Shown here piece by piece: positions 49,031 to 61,091 of a stretch of 64,000 nucleotides of DNA (positions within the stretch are counted from its first letter, which is position 1; each line of letters starts with the position of its first letter). The notes under the pieces were generated by a model, which saw only the letters and a list, made by a program, of their open reading frames with translations, ran no database searches and was not told the DNA's origin. This stretch comes from Sphagnum compactum. Taxonomy: Eukaryota. Made by a program: the position numbers and the translations under genes. The DNA is taken from the NCBI GenBank assembly GCA_965153455.1, contig OZ234494.1, forward strand, positions 1,178,001 through 1,242,000. Reading direction: 5' to 3'.

Positions 49031-52000
49031 ATGGGGCAAAAAGACATAGAGACATTGAAGTTGTTGGATTATGTGTCTTTCATGAATCAAGATTTCAATA
49101 GCAATGGGAACTGGACAAACAACATTCGTAAAAATACTCACTTGAAGGCAACTCCTTCAATCAACAAAGTTGTGGGAACATATCAAAGTAGTGATCGACC
49201 TAGAAGAATTGAAATTGGTAGGTCAGATCTTCCTACTCTCAATCTCACAAAAGTTCGCCAAAACCTTGAGGAACAAGCAGAGCTTGCCACAAGTATCTAT
49301 GATGAAGTAGGCCCCTTGATAAACAAAAAAGATGACATATCTTTTGATCTTGCTGGAGTTCAAGCTCTTGTTTCTGCAAGGTTTGGATGTGGGTTAGAGA
49401 GTAGAATTGATAAGGTGAAGAATATACTCCTATCAGAGAGGACTCAAAGAAATGGAGGTCTTAATACCAGTCATGCATCTCATGGAGGAGAAACAAGGGT
49501 GTTAAAAAATAAAGGTGATATTCTAAGTGAAGCCACTCCAAGACCGAATCATGGTTTAAATCGCGAAAAGAATAATATGATAAGACATTCAAAAAACTCA
49601 CATCCCATTGTTCTTGCAACCCATTTGGCTTCACCATCAAAACAAAATTCCAAGCAAGTGCAAAAAGTTGATACACAAGCCTTCAACCAAAATAAGAACA
49701 AGAATGTGACCTTCACATGTAGGGGTGTAACAACCCCAAGAAAAACAAACATCAACAATGTTATGAAAAACACAATAGAAGGATCAAATGACATAGGGCT
49801 AAATGTTGGTTCAACTTTGATCAACAAGTTAAATCCATCATGTGATCCTCAAAATCTTGAAAGCTCAGAGGGATCAATGAAGTCAAATTCAAGTCCATGC
49901 GATTATAAGAAAATTGTCCACTCCCATCAAACCAACAATTACTCCAAGTTGGACTCACATATACGGGGTAAAAATGTACAAGATTGCATAATGAGTATTG
50001 GAGATCAAATGACAAGGGTACTTCCAACTTCAGAGAGATTCCAAATTGAAGAGAAAAATGAACAAAAGATCAAAATGACAGGACAAGTACAACTTGAAAC
50101 AAATGTGGAATCTGAAGTTAACCACAGGCAATGTTTTCAGGACTCTTGGATATTTTGTATCATGATGCATTTTTATTTGGTAAACCTACTTTGGACAATT
50201 TGAATCATCCACATTTAGGGCCCTGCAAATCAAATTGTTTCCCTTTTGTTGAATGTCTATTTTTATCAAAGTTTTATTACATGTCATCTACATATAGAAT
50301 CAAACGTGCAATATGAGAATTTGGCATTGCAATCTTGCAGATATGTTAATGATGAAAGTCATGCAAACAATGGCATTGTGGTCAACGCACATAAAGGACT
50401 TGAAATTAACAACCAAGTGCAAACAAACAAAATAAAACCACCTAAACTCAATCTTGGTTTTTGCCAAACCTCTCTTCCTCTTGGTAATGCCCATTTGTCT
50501 TCCTAATATCTCTTCCATATGTGCCATTTCCATCAAATGTATACATCCACAATGTCACATTTTTCTTATATGCACATTAATGTTTGCTAACAAAAAATTG
50601 TCTTGGGTATTTAATATGATGATTTGATGTAATCTTAATAACAATGTCTAAAATTTCTGCTCCACACATTTTGCCAATTTAATGACCATATTGGAAGAAA
50701 CATATTTCAAGGTTGTTTCACATGGTGAACATATACCAAAAGTTTTGTGAAATATTTTGTGTGTGCATAGTTTTACCATGCAAATTACAGTGTTTACTTT
50801 AAACAAACTATTGCAAAACATGAATAAATTCCTTTGAATGTGAATAATTTGAACTTGGCCAAATTTTGAAATGTGACATGCAATTTGTTGTAGTAAGTTG
50901 TTTGAAAAAATTATCTAAAAGTGGCCAAATAGAGGGATTCAATCCTTTGGGAATGATGAGATGGACAATTGTGAGTTGAAAAAAATAATAATCAAAGTTG
51001 GGTTAGAAGGCACTACCTGAAATGGTTTTTGAAACAGTGTGTTTAAATATAATACTCAATTAATGTCAAAAGTTCAACGAATGAATGTTGGTGTGTTTAC
51101 ACAAGTTTGAACTAAGATTTTACAGGATTTGGTGGAAACCCAATTGAAACCATCCAAACTTCCCGAATTTCAAACACTGTGAGTTTACATTGATCATTTG
51201 TTCTTAAACAATTCTTGAATTTGAATTTTTACCTTTTCCAAGTTCATAATTTTAATGGTCAATGTGTTTTTGGTGTGAAGATTTTGTTTGTCATTATTTG
51301 AAGATCTTGACTCCACTTATCACAATGTTTTATCCTATTAAAATTGAAAAATATTTTAACAAATTGAACATGAAGTGTGCACAAATAATAAAAAATCTCA
51401 TTTGAATGTTGGACAAACAATTGAGAATTTCAAAGGATTCCGCACATGAAATATATTATTGGCATTGGTTTTGTGCCATTTCAATGAACACTTGCATATG
51501 TTATGGTTTAGCAAGTTGTAGGTGAGAATAGCCCTAGATTAACATTAACGGAGAGGGGCTCATCCAAGAAAAACACAATTGTATCAACAAACCAAAAGTG
51601 TGAGGTGAAAATCCTTGTCCATTTCATCATCTTATGTCTAGTTTTCCCTAATATTCTCCAATGTTGATTGATCATTTTACATTATGTACTATGTAATTAT
51701 ATTCAACCCAATGTTTATTCTAGAACTTAAATGTGCATGAACACACTTATTAACGCCATTGTTTCTCCTAAATTGATATTTGATTTTGAGTTGTAATTTA
51801 AAATTAGTGTAAACACAATTGAACTTGTGATTCTTGATATGCAGAAAATAGATGCAATGACACTTCCTACTCAATGTTTTCCTACTACCCCAACAACCTC
51901 TGAAAGTACATATACACCTTATTTTTGAATGGGATGTCAATTGAACATCTTTTTTCCAAAACAAAAATTGTAATGCATGTCAACTAATATGGAAATATTT

Positions 52001-55000
52001 GAAACAATTGTTGAGATAATTATTCAGATAACCAATATGAATGTACATGCATGTTAGTCTAATTGGCGCATAACACTACAATTTTATTTTAACAAAATGA
52101 AACTTGATTTCATGAATCTATATGTGGGTGTAGTTGTATTGAAGCAATGTGCATCAAACATGACAGAATTTGAGCAACAAGAAATCTTACCATACATGGA
52201 CATTTTCTTTCTTGGTCTAGATTGTCAAAAAATTCGTCCTTCAAGTACCCTTGGCAATTGCAATTTTGGTTAGTGACATCCTAAACCAATATATAAACAT
52301 ACACAATAATGTGTGATTCACTTTATAAAACTAAAGCATTTGAAGAGGTAATTATGACGACTTTGGTGGTTGTTGGTGACCCATGTAGGTTTTGATGATG
52401 AGAGAGGTGATTATAATGTGGTGGAACATGATCACTTGGCCTATCGGTATGAGGTCTTAGGAATTTTAGGGAAAGGGAGTTTTGGGCAAGTTTTAAAATG
52501 TAGTGACCACAAGTACAAGGTGTTACGAGCAGTCAAAATGATACGAAACAAACGACGTTTTCACCAACAGGCATTAGTTGAAGTCAGAATCTTGGAACAT
52601 TTGCGCAACAAGGTTCTTCTTGCTTTTTTCAAATTTCTTGTGTTTTTTTTGGAATTTTTTTGTTGATTAGGGCTTTCATTAAGGTTGTTTGTTCCTTCAA
52701 GTGTAATAAATAAATAAATGTGATGTTAATTACAATTATTAGTGTAATTGAAAAACTTAAAACTTCCTCCACATTATGTTACAAGCATTGCCTAATTTGA
52801 AAGGTGGGCTTCATGAATCTTTGTAGTGCCATCACCTTGCATGGTTATGAGATGATAGACATGCTTGTCCATTTTCACCTACATAATTAGAATAATCAAG
52901 GATATTATTTTATTAGTAATTTATGTGATGATTTTAAGTAAAACTTAAATTTATTAATCACAACCAAGAGTTATAATAAATGGTTTTACATTGTCTTTAC
53001 ATTGGCTTAAGTAACAAGATTATGGAACTTGATGAAGAGAGATCTATTAAACCATATGGTTGTTCCAAGAAGGTGGAGCTGAAAGTAGCCAATGACGTGG
53101 GGAAGGGAAGGTGAGGTGTGACAGGCGACGATGGAGGCAACTAGCACAAACATTGTCACCATCTATGAATCATTTTACTTCCGAGGCCATCTTTGCATTA
53201 CCTTTGCTTTGCATGACATATCCCTCTATGAATTAATCAAACGAAACAATTTTCAGGTTCATTCCAAGACCTACATATATGCACATTTTATACATACCAT
53301 ATGGGATTACACAAAGTTTTACAACTTAAACATTATTTTATTTTAGTTCTTCAATTGATACTTTCCTTTCAGAAGGAAATAAATATAATTGGGGTTTCTT
53401 TTTTCCTGTATCCTTTGAAATTTACTTGTTCATGAATATGTTATTAATCACATTTGCTCAATTAGTAGGTTCATTTGTGGGCACAATCTATTATTGTGCA
53501 GGGTATTAGCCCAATTGTTATTAAGAGCTTTGCAAGCCAACTTTTGTCCACACTTCGATTCCTTAAAAAGTTACATGTTATACATTGTGATTTGAAGCCT
53601 GAGAATATATTGTTGCAACACCCTGCTATGTCTAAAATCAAAGTCATTGATTTTGGGTCTAGTTGTTTCAACCATGAAAGAAGTAAGTTCCTCTATTTGA
53701 AATAACCCAACATAACCTTTTGAAATGGAAAACTTTACCAAGATAGGTCTTGAAGAGCAAATAAAATGGACTCTAAACAATAAAATATGGGTAAATTTCC
53801 GTTTGCTATTGAAATGATATTGGTGACGTCAAATAAAGTGAACCTTAAACATTTAAATATGGGCTTTTTTTTGTTGTTGAGTAATGAAATGCTATTATGG
53901 AAGTTCACATACACATAAATAAATATTGAACAATTTGCTCATGAAATCATACATGACTACATGCATTATGCAATGAAATAAAAATATCAAAGTCCCAACC
54001 CAACTTACTTTCTTCTAAAGACTTTGCCTTACCAAAGTGTGGATTTATCAATCAGTAGTGCTGGCAATGCGATCACTTGCAACCCATTATGTCAAAAAGC
54101 TTGCACAAAAAGATTTGAAGTAATGTATGAACCTCGATGTGACATTCCTACATATCCTTTCTCAAACTTTGAAGAACACCTAAATGTGTGGTTGATTTGA
54201 ATGTCTGGGTTGTAGTTTACACCTATATACAAAGTCGCTTTTACCGTTCTCCCGAAGTGATCCTAGGTGAGTATTAACCATAAATTGATAGGGACCCCTT
54301 AAAGTTCAATGTAGTTTTCAGGTCGTTCTAAGTCAAGTAAACACAACTTGGAAACATATCAACGAATAATTTCAAAAAGGATTTTGAAATTGACCATTGA
54401 AGCATATATAGCATGTATATATGTTAAATGTCATTAAAAAATATCTGTCATCACCAGAACAATATGCAATAATGCTTCCCAGCAAGTTTGATTATTGAAA
54501 TTAGTTAAATATTTGGTTTGGAAAAGGGGAATTACAAGACTAGATTGGCTTATGTTCACAGGGTTGCCGTATGACATGATGATTGACATTTGGAGTTTTG
54601 GCTGCATCCTTGCAGAATTATTTTCAGGTACAACACTTTGTATACTAGGAATTGTGTTGTGTATTCCAGTGTCTAAGATAAATCTATCAAATTTTGAGAT
54701 GAATGACTAACATTTTGTTCAAATTACTTGAGAAGAATCTTATCTCTTTTGATGTATTTTGTTGCTAGTTGAAGAATTTCCACCACCGTTAATCTCCGAA
54801 GGAAAATGTGAATGGGATTTATGTTTATGGGTCTTTAGAAATCACCTTAATGTTTGAAGTCTCCTCTAACTCACACAAGACAGGGGATAGCAGGCTACCC
54901 ATTATTTCCTGGGGAGAATGAGGTTGAACAATTGGCCTGCATGATGGAAGTTCTTGGTGTCCCTCCAACTGCAGTCCTTGAAAATGCCACAAGGAAAAAA

Positions 55001-56113
55001 ATGTTCTTTGGTAAACATATGTTTCTTGCAACAATTATTGAAATTTTCTGACAAATGATCAAGCTAGAGACACCAAAACCAAACCCTTCCAATGTTCTCT
55101 TGAATGAAACCAAGTCCAATATGGGTTGTGGCATTTAACATATTTCATTGTCTCATCAGATAGTAACAACAGCCCAAGGATAGTGGCAAATTCATGGGGC
55201 AAGAAACATTGGCCGGGAACCAAGGACATTTCAGTTGCAATTGGTTGCAATGATCCCACGTTTGTCAACTTTTTAGAAGGTTGCTTGCGGTGGGACAAAA
55301 ATCAGCGATTGAGTCCGGATGAACTCATGCAACATTCGTGGATTGTTGGGGTGAGTATATCACTTCTAGACTTCAATACAAACCCTTAAAATTCATTTTT
55401 TAAAAAATAAAATAATATGAAAACACACAACCTTGTGACAAAAATGTTTCCCCCGAGCCTTTTTCAGAAATTAAAATAATATGTATCTTTGAAAAACTAC
55501 ACATCTTTGTAAACAAAATGTTTTTCAAAAGCTCAAAACATGATTTCATACTTATGTTGGACCCAAATGAACACAAGGGTTTTGAGCTAAGTTTTTGCTA
55601 CTTTAAAATAAGTGAATGTAGTGTACAAATGTTTTGTTGGATCTCTTCCTAACAACTTAGCTTTCCAACTTTTGTTTGTAGGCTGCCTCACCCATGACTC
55701 CACAAAGGTCCCCACTTCGACCTTCAAATCAAGACACCACCAAAAGAAGGCAAGTCCCTTCATTCCACTCCCCCAACCCCTCCTCATCATGAGCTGCTCC
55801 TCCTCTCTTGACCTCTCCAAAGCCTCAACTCATTGACACCTACATTCATGTTCGGAAAAGCTGGAGGAACCTTGGAATATTGCTGGTCTATTGCAGGTCA
55901 ATAAAATCTTCGGACACACCACACCGTTCTTCCAAGCAATCGAAACAAAACTCATCGACTCAAGCCATCCTCAATGTCAAGCCTCATCCCAACAACAAAA
56001 TGCATGGTTTTGGTGTGGTAAAGTTCACTCATGGAGGAGAGTTTTCAGTGTTACCTCCAATTGGGGAAGGGATGTCTATCAAAGATGCCCAAGAAAAGAA
56101 GAGGAATAATTAG
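49031..56113 (+). CDS. DYRK2: class-2 dual-specificity tyrosine-phosphorylation-regulated kinase (DYRK2-like). Confident exons 52134-52268, 52389-52612, 53125-53256, 53502-53682, 54216-54266, 54562-54627, 54894-55010, 55160-55350; N-terminal (49031-~51905) and 3' exons uncertain
   Basis: NAPA-like [21 protein letters not shown] box [59 protein letters not shown] and [12 protein letters not shown]; phase-consistent GT-AG introns across the kinase domain. Confidence 0.88.
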
Positions 56114-56527
56114 GGACTAAGAGACAATAGATAGATTCATTGAAATTGTCCAAAGACATTTGCATCAATTTGCATGTGTCATTAGCATTGGACCATGAAT
56201 ATTTGTGAAATGGAGTAGAATGGATTTTGGAATTCTCACACTATTACATGCTTATAAAAAAACAAATGGTCCATTAGCTCCTTGGTAGAAAAATAGGATG
56301 CACCATGGACATGTTCTTGTGAAAGCTATTAGGAAACTTTAACCAATGCCCTAAAACTCCGTATCACGATCTTACCTATAATTACCTTCCCTTTTTCTAT
56401 AGGATTCAAAAACTTAATACCATGACCTTAACACACCCGGAACCTTGAGATCAACGCAAAAACTTTTCATATTGACATGAAATTGGCAAATGTGAACCTT
56501 AAATTATGACTATCAATGTACAAAGAC

Positions 56528-56796
56528 CAGCGTTTTTTTTTGTGTGAATTTTCACAATGTTGAGAAATTCGAAAAAAATTGTCAAATTCAATGATTTTTT
56601 TTTGCAAAAATCGAAAAACTCAGAAAATCTTTGAAAATCTCCAGTTTTGTATACATGGTTCAAGTAGATAGTCAAAAACATACAAGAATGTTAAAATTTT
56701 ACCTTTCATATTTTGGTAATAGCAAATTTGGCCAAATCAGCATATGGATGATTGCCATCTTGGCTACATCGCAAATTTGAAAAAAGAAAACCACCG
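56528..56796 (+). repeat. dispersed CAGTG-ended repeat family copy
   Basis: cagcgttttttt...aaatttggccaaatc..atggatgattgccatc.tggctacatc..aaaaccaccg. Confidence 0.5.
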
Positions 56797-58210
56797 ATGA
56801 TAAGTGAAATTATGTTGCTCATGAAAAACAAGATCGATGAAAATCCCAAAAATAAGAACTCATACTTCAAAATAGGTAACACCTAGTGAAAATTCCATAA
56901 AATGTGGGACCAAATGAAAACTACTGTACCAGGTTTTTTTTTCTCAATTTTGGGATATTGGTTTTTTTTCAAAAAAAAAGTAGAATTATTCGAATTTATG
57001 CTAGGAAAAAAAGTCCAAAATTTTCCCTTTATGTTGAATAAAAGACAAAAAGCTTTGGCAAGCCCAAAAAAAAAACAAAAAAAACTGAAGATTGTTCTGC
57101 AGCCAAGGACCATGGGAAAAAAAATGCCGAGCCTCTTGGCTGCGCGCTTTCATTGGCTTGCCAAGAATTTTATATTCTTAACTATGTTGGTCACCCATTC
57201 TTGCATACACAAATACGGCACCCCCTTAGTGAGTGTGGGTACGTATAGGAAGGATCCAAGTTTGGAGTTTGGAGTCCAATATTTTCAAGGAAAAGAAAAC
57301 GACGAGTGACCCACTCGTAAACTGTGTCCCCACAATTCATGCCCCTGCCATTAGTGTAAATTTGATTCTGGGGAGGAAAGGGAGGGCTAACCTCTTTGGG
57401 GGGTGGGGTGTTGTGAGGGAAGAAAACAAAAAGCCCCATGGCCCCCACCCCCCCCTCCATGAGTAAGGAAGCAGGACCCAAATGATCCTCCGCATGAGTG
57501 GCAAGACCCTTTGCTTTCCTCACTCATCGTATATAAATCTTTCGGGTAAAAGGATTGAAAAAACAAATTTTTCAGCTCAAGTGATGTTGTTACGGAACAT
57601 AACCGGTGACCCATAAAGACGTCACCAGACAAAATGACATAGTGGACGGGCGGGATTTCATGTGCCTGTAACCGGTGAGTATGCCAATGACATACCCGAT
57701 TTGAGCTTGTAGTCACTATCGCCGTTGCCAGGCTGTACCTGTCCGGCCAACCCAGTACTGGGTGGTGGATTATGACTTGTAACCTGCCCGCTCTGAACGA
57801 ATGGGGTGACGCCACATCACCGAAAAACCCCCTCGAACCGATTATGATCTGAAATTAGCTCAATTCTACCTGAGTGGGATATTTTCAACGAAAAGAAAAT
57901 ATTCTACCGAGTGGGCCACTTGTAGACTACGTCCCCACAATCCATGCATGCCCTTGGCCATTAGTGTAGTGTTGATAATAGCTACGGAAAGGGACGACTA
58001 GCCTCTTGCTTGGGTGGCGTGGGGGAAAAGAGAGCCAAAAAGAAAGGTGCCAAAGGACGGTGCTGCCCACTTGTCCGTTCGTGTTTCGTCCGAGACCGAC
58101 CGTCGTTGTTGGAGAGCTCAGCGGCGGCAGCAGCAGGAGCCTTAGCAATTAGGCCTACTTGCAATTCCAACAAACGCAAGACACCTTGGTCCTGAAAACA
58201 AATTCCAAGT

Positions 58211-58252
<42 letters not shown>
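58211..58252 (+). repeat. (CT)n microsatellite in the probable 5' UTR of the saposin gene
   Basis: About 20 CT units, 30 bp upstream of the ATG at 58283. Confidence 0.9.
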
Positions 58253-58255
<3 letters not shown>

Positions 58256-58282
58256 TTTCCTCTCGGACAAAAATTTGTAGCC

Positions 58283-61091
58283 ATGGCTGCTTCTTCGTTG
58301 CATAAGAATAATCGTCAACATGTGTGGAGTTTGGCGCTGTTTCTCTTTGTGGCCACGCTCTTGCTTGTTTCCGTGGAAGGCTTCAAGGTGAAACCACCCG
58401 GTATGTATGAGTTGGAAATCTCTCTCTCTCTCTCTCTCAAACATTCAACTTTATTCAATTCATTTGTCTTGATTGATTGACATCCTCAAGGTTGCTAGGG
58501 TTTGTGGGTGGGGGCAAATTTTGGTAGTTTGTATTGATTTTATTTTATTTTATTTTGGGGTTGTTTCTCTAGCTAGATATTGTCATGGATGGAATTAGGG
58601 TTTGTGTTTTGTTGCTGTTCATGTGGTTTTTTTTTTTTGTTTTTTTGGGTTGTGTGTGTGCGTGTCAAATTTTGTTCTGTTTTGAGATGTGAGAGCTTTA
58701 GCTTTGAGAGTGGGAGAATTGGCAGCAGGGAAGTGGATTTTGGATAATCTTTGTACCAGGGTTTGATAGTTGGGAGAATTCTTCATTTGGAACGATGGGG
58801 TTAAATCACTCACTTTTAGGTCTTTGGTTTTTGGGATGTGTTTTTCAAGGCATAGTTTCCACCTTGAGGAGATCTGCGGGGAAGGAATTAGGCTTTGTAG
58901 CCAAGGATGTGAAGAACTATGTGTGCGACACATGCATGCAGCTTTCACAGAAAGCACAGTTGGTACTAGCAAACCCTGACACAGTGCAGGAGGTGATCAG
59001 CTTGGTGGAGGACCATATGTGCAGGCCCCTTCAACCAGGCCTGCAGACCAAGGTCATAACACATGTCTCATTTTTCGCTATCCCTGTCTTGAAAGGGAGA
59101 AGAGGATGTAGATTATTCTGTATGTGTTTTTTGGCAGTGTCATCTTTGCAGAGAGGTTTAGGGCCTCATGAGTTTTGTCTTTTTTGGCTCTGGTGTTTTT
59201 GCAGTGTGAGAATATGGCTGAGGCATATGTGCCTGCAATGCTTTTGGAGCTAGAGGCAGAATTGGGACCTGATAAACTTTGCTTTGAAACAGGCCTTTGC
59301 ACTTCCACTGCTGTGGAAGCTGCCATCGGCAATAAGAAGGCTTGTGCAGTATGCCAGGATTTTGCCACAGATGCACTGACCTACTTGGAAAAGAATAAAA
59401 CCCGGGAAGAGATTATCATTGCTCTTCATCTTGCATGCTCTCAACTTCAAGACCTCAGCAAGCAGGTGTGTTGCTACTCTGGTTCTGTTGTGTTTCCCTT
59501 TTCTTCTTTTCAAGATAGCTTACAGCTATAGAACTAGATCATGCATGTAACCTTTTGATGACTGTGGATTTGGAATTGGAAGCAGTGTGATCTCCTCGTG
59601 GATCTATACACCCCACGCATGATGCAACAGCTGAACAACATCACACCCCAGGAGTTCTGTGAAATGACCAAGCTCTGCAAACCACCCAAGCTGACATGGA
59701 AACGCAATGACTGTGCAACCTGCCAGTTTGTTATCCTAGAAATCAAGCTCAAGCTTCAGGACCCCAAAGTACAGGTTTGTGTTCTTGACGTTTCCATACG
59801 TCAAAGACAACATGCTTGCAGCTTTCATCTGTGTTCTTGGCAATTGATCACTCTGTGTCTGTCTCACATTTAGTTGCAAAACAGTTCCTTCTTGTATTGT
59901 GCATCATTGTGTGGATTGTTTTGCAGGCAAAGCTGCTTGAGGTCCTTCTCAAAGGGTGCAACAGAGTCACTAACCATGTTGAAGAGGTTAGTAGCAATTC
60001 CCTCTCTCTTGCCCTCAATATGTGACACTTGTAAGTTCTGGAGTGTTGGGAAAATCTTTGCTCCTGTATCACCTTTTTCAATTCTAAGTTAACAGTTCTG
60101 GACTGGATCCACCCAGTCCACTAGCATGAAAAAGTAGGCCTGGCCTCTTATGACCTGAATTTTGGATATCCTGCTCCAAGTTCTCCCATGAGTCCTTCAT
60201 TGAACTCATGGGGACTTGAATGTTTGGTCTTCAGTGGTGTTAAAGAGATCTTTAGAGCATCACTTGCAAGGAATTGCCAAAACATCTTAATCTGATGTTG
60301 AAACTTGAAAGGATTTCAATTTGGAGGCATTAAGAGGCTTGTTGGAAGATTTGGTTGATGCTAGTGGTTCTACTTTGTCTGTATTACTGACCCTCCTAAA
60401 GAAAACTCAAAATGAAACATCATCAGGTAAGAAGGGCATTCAAAATTCTGACACAGATTTTCATCAATCCCTACTGAATCCCATCAATGGTTGTTGCTTG
60501 TGTTGACATGAGGAAGGTAGTACTAGCATTTGCAACCTTGTGCAATTCATTGTCATAGCAACTGCTACCACAGGGAAGGCCTTCTTGGCAGCTTGTGTCC
60601 TTTATCTACATGGTGATAGGTTTAAACCAATTTGGATCTTGCTGACTTTGCAAGAACAGCAGCAGGTGATTCAACAACTGCTGTGAAGAAGCTGTTGTGA
60701 GCCTTCCAATTTCACTTAGTCATGGTGACCGTAGGGGGTGGTTTTGAGGCTTGGTTTGTGTTCTAATCTTGGCTGGAGCTTTTACTAGCAACCTCTTCAG
60801 AAATAGGCTTGTTATATGGGTACCAGGAATGGCATATACAAGAGATTTGACGATGTGATGTTGGTTAATTGAGGACTCTTTGTTTTCTGTGGTATGCAGT
60901 GCAAGGGAATAGTGGAACAGTATGGTCCCTTTATCCTGGAAAACCTGGATCAAATTCTGGACTCAAAGGCAGTATGCTGCAAGATTGGGGTGTGCCCGGC
61001 AATGCCTTGCCCTCATGTTATTGCATGGGCCAAGTTGAGTGAGCAAACAAAGCCTGTCATTGAGTTGCCCCAGGCAGATTTAATGGCATAA
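58283..61091 (+). CDS. secreted prosaposin-like protein with three saposin B domains; exons 58283-58400, 58850-59052, 59205-59465, 59586-59774, 59927-59986, 60900-61091
   Basis: Hydrophobic signal peptide followed by three 6-Cys SapB patterns (CDTC..C..C..YVP..C..C; CAVC..C..C..YTP..C..C; CATC..C..C..YGP..C..C); all introns GT-AG and phase-consistent. Confidence 0.9.

Noticed and set aside
57580..57822. CpG-rich block with weak inverted ends upstream of the saposin gene
   Set aside because: TIR match is short and there is no TSD; it may simply be unmethylated promoter DNA.
60099..60212. Two 8-9 bp hairpins in the last saposin intron
   Set aside because: Too short to exceed chance; no miRNA-length stem.
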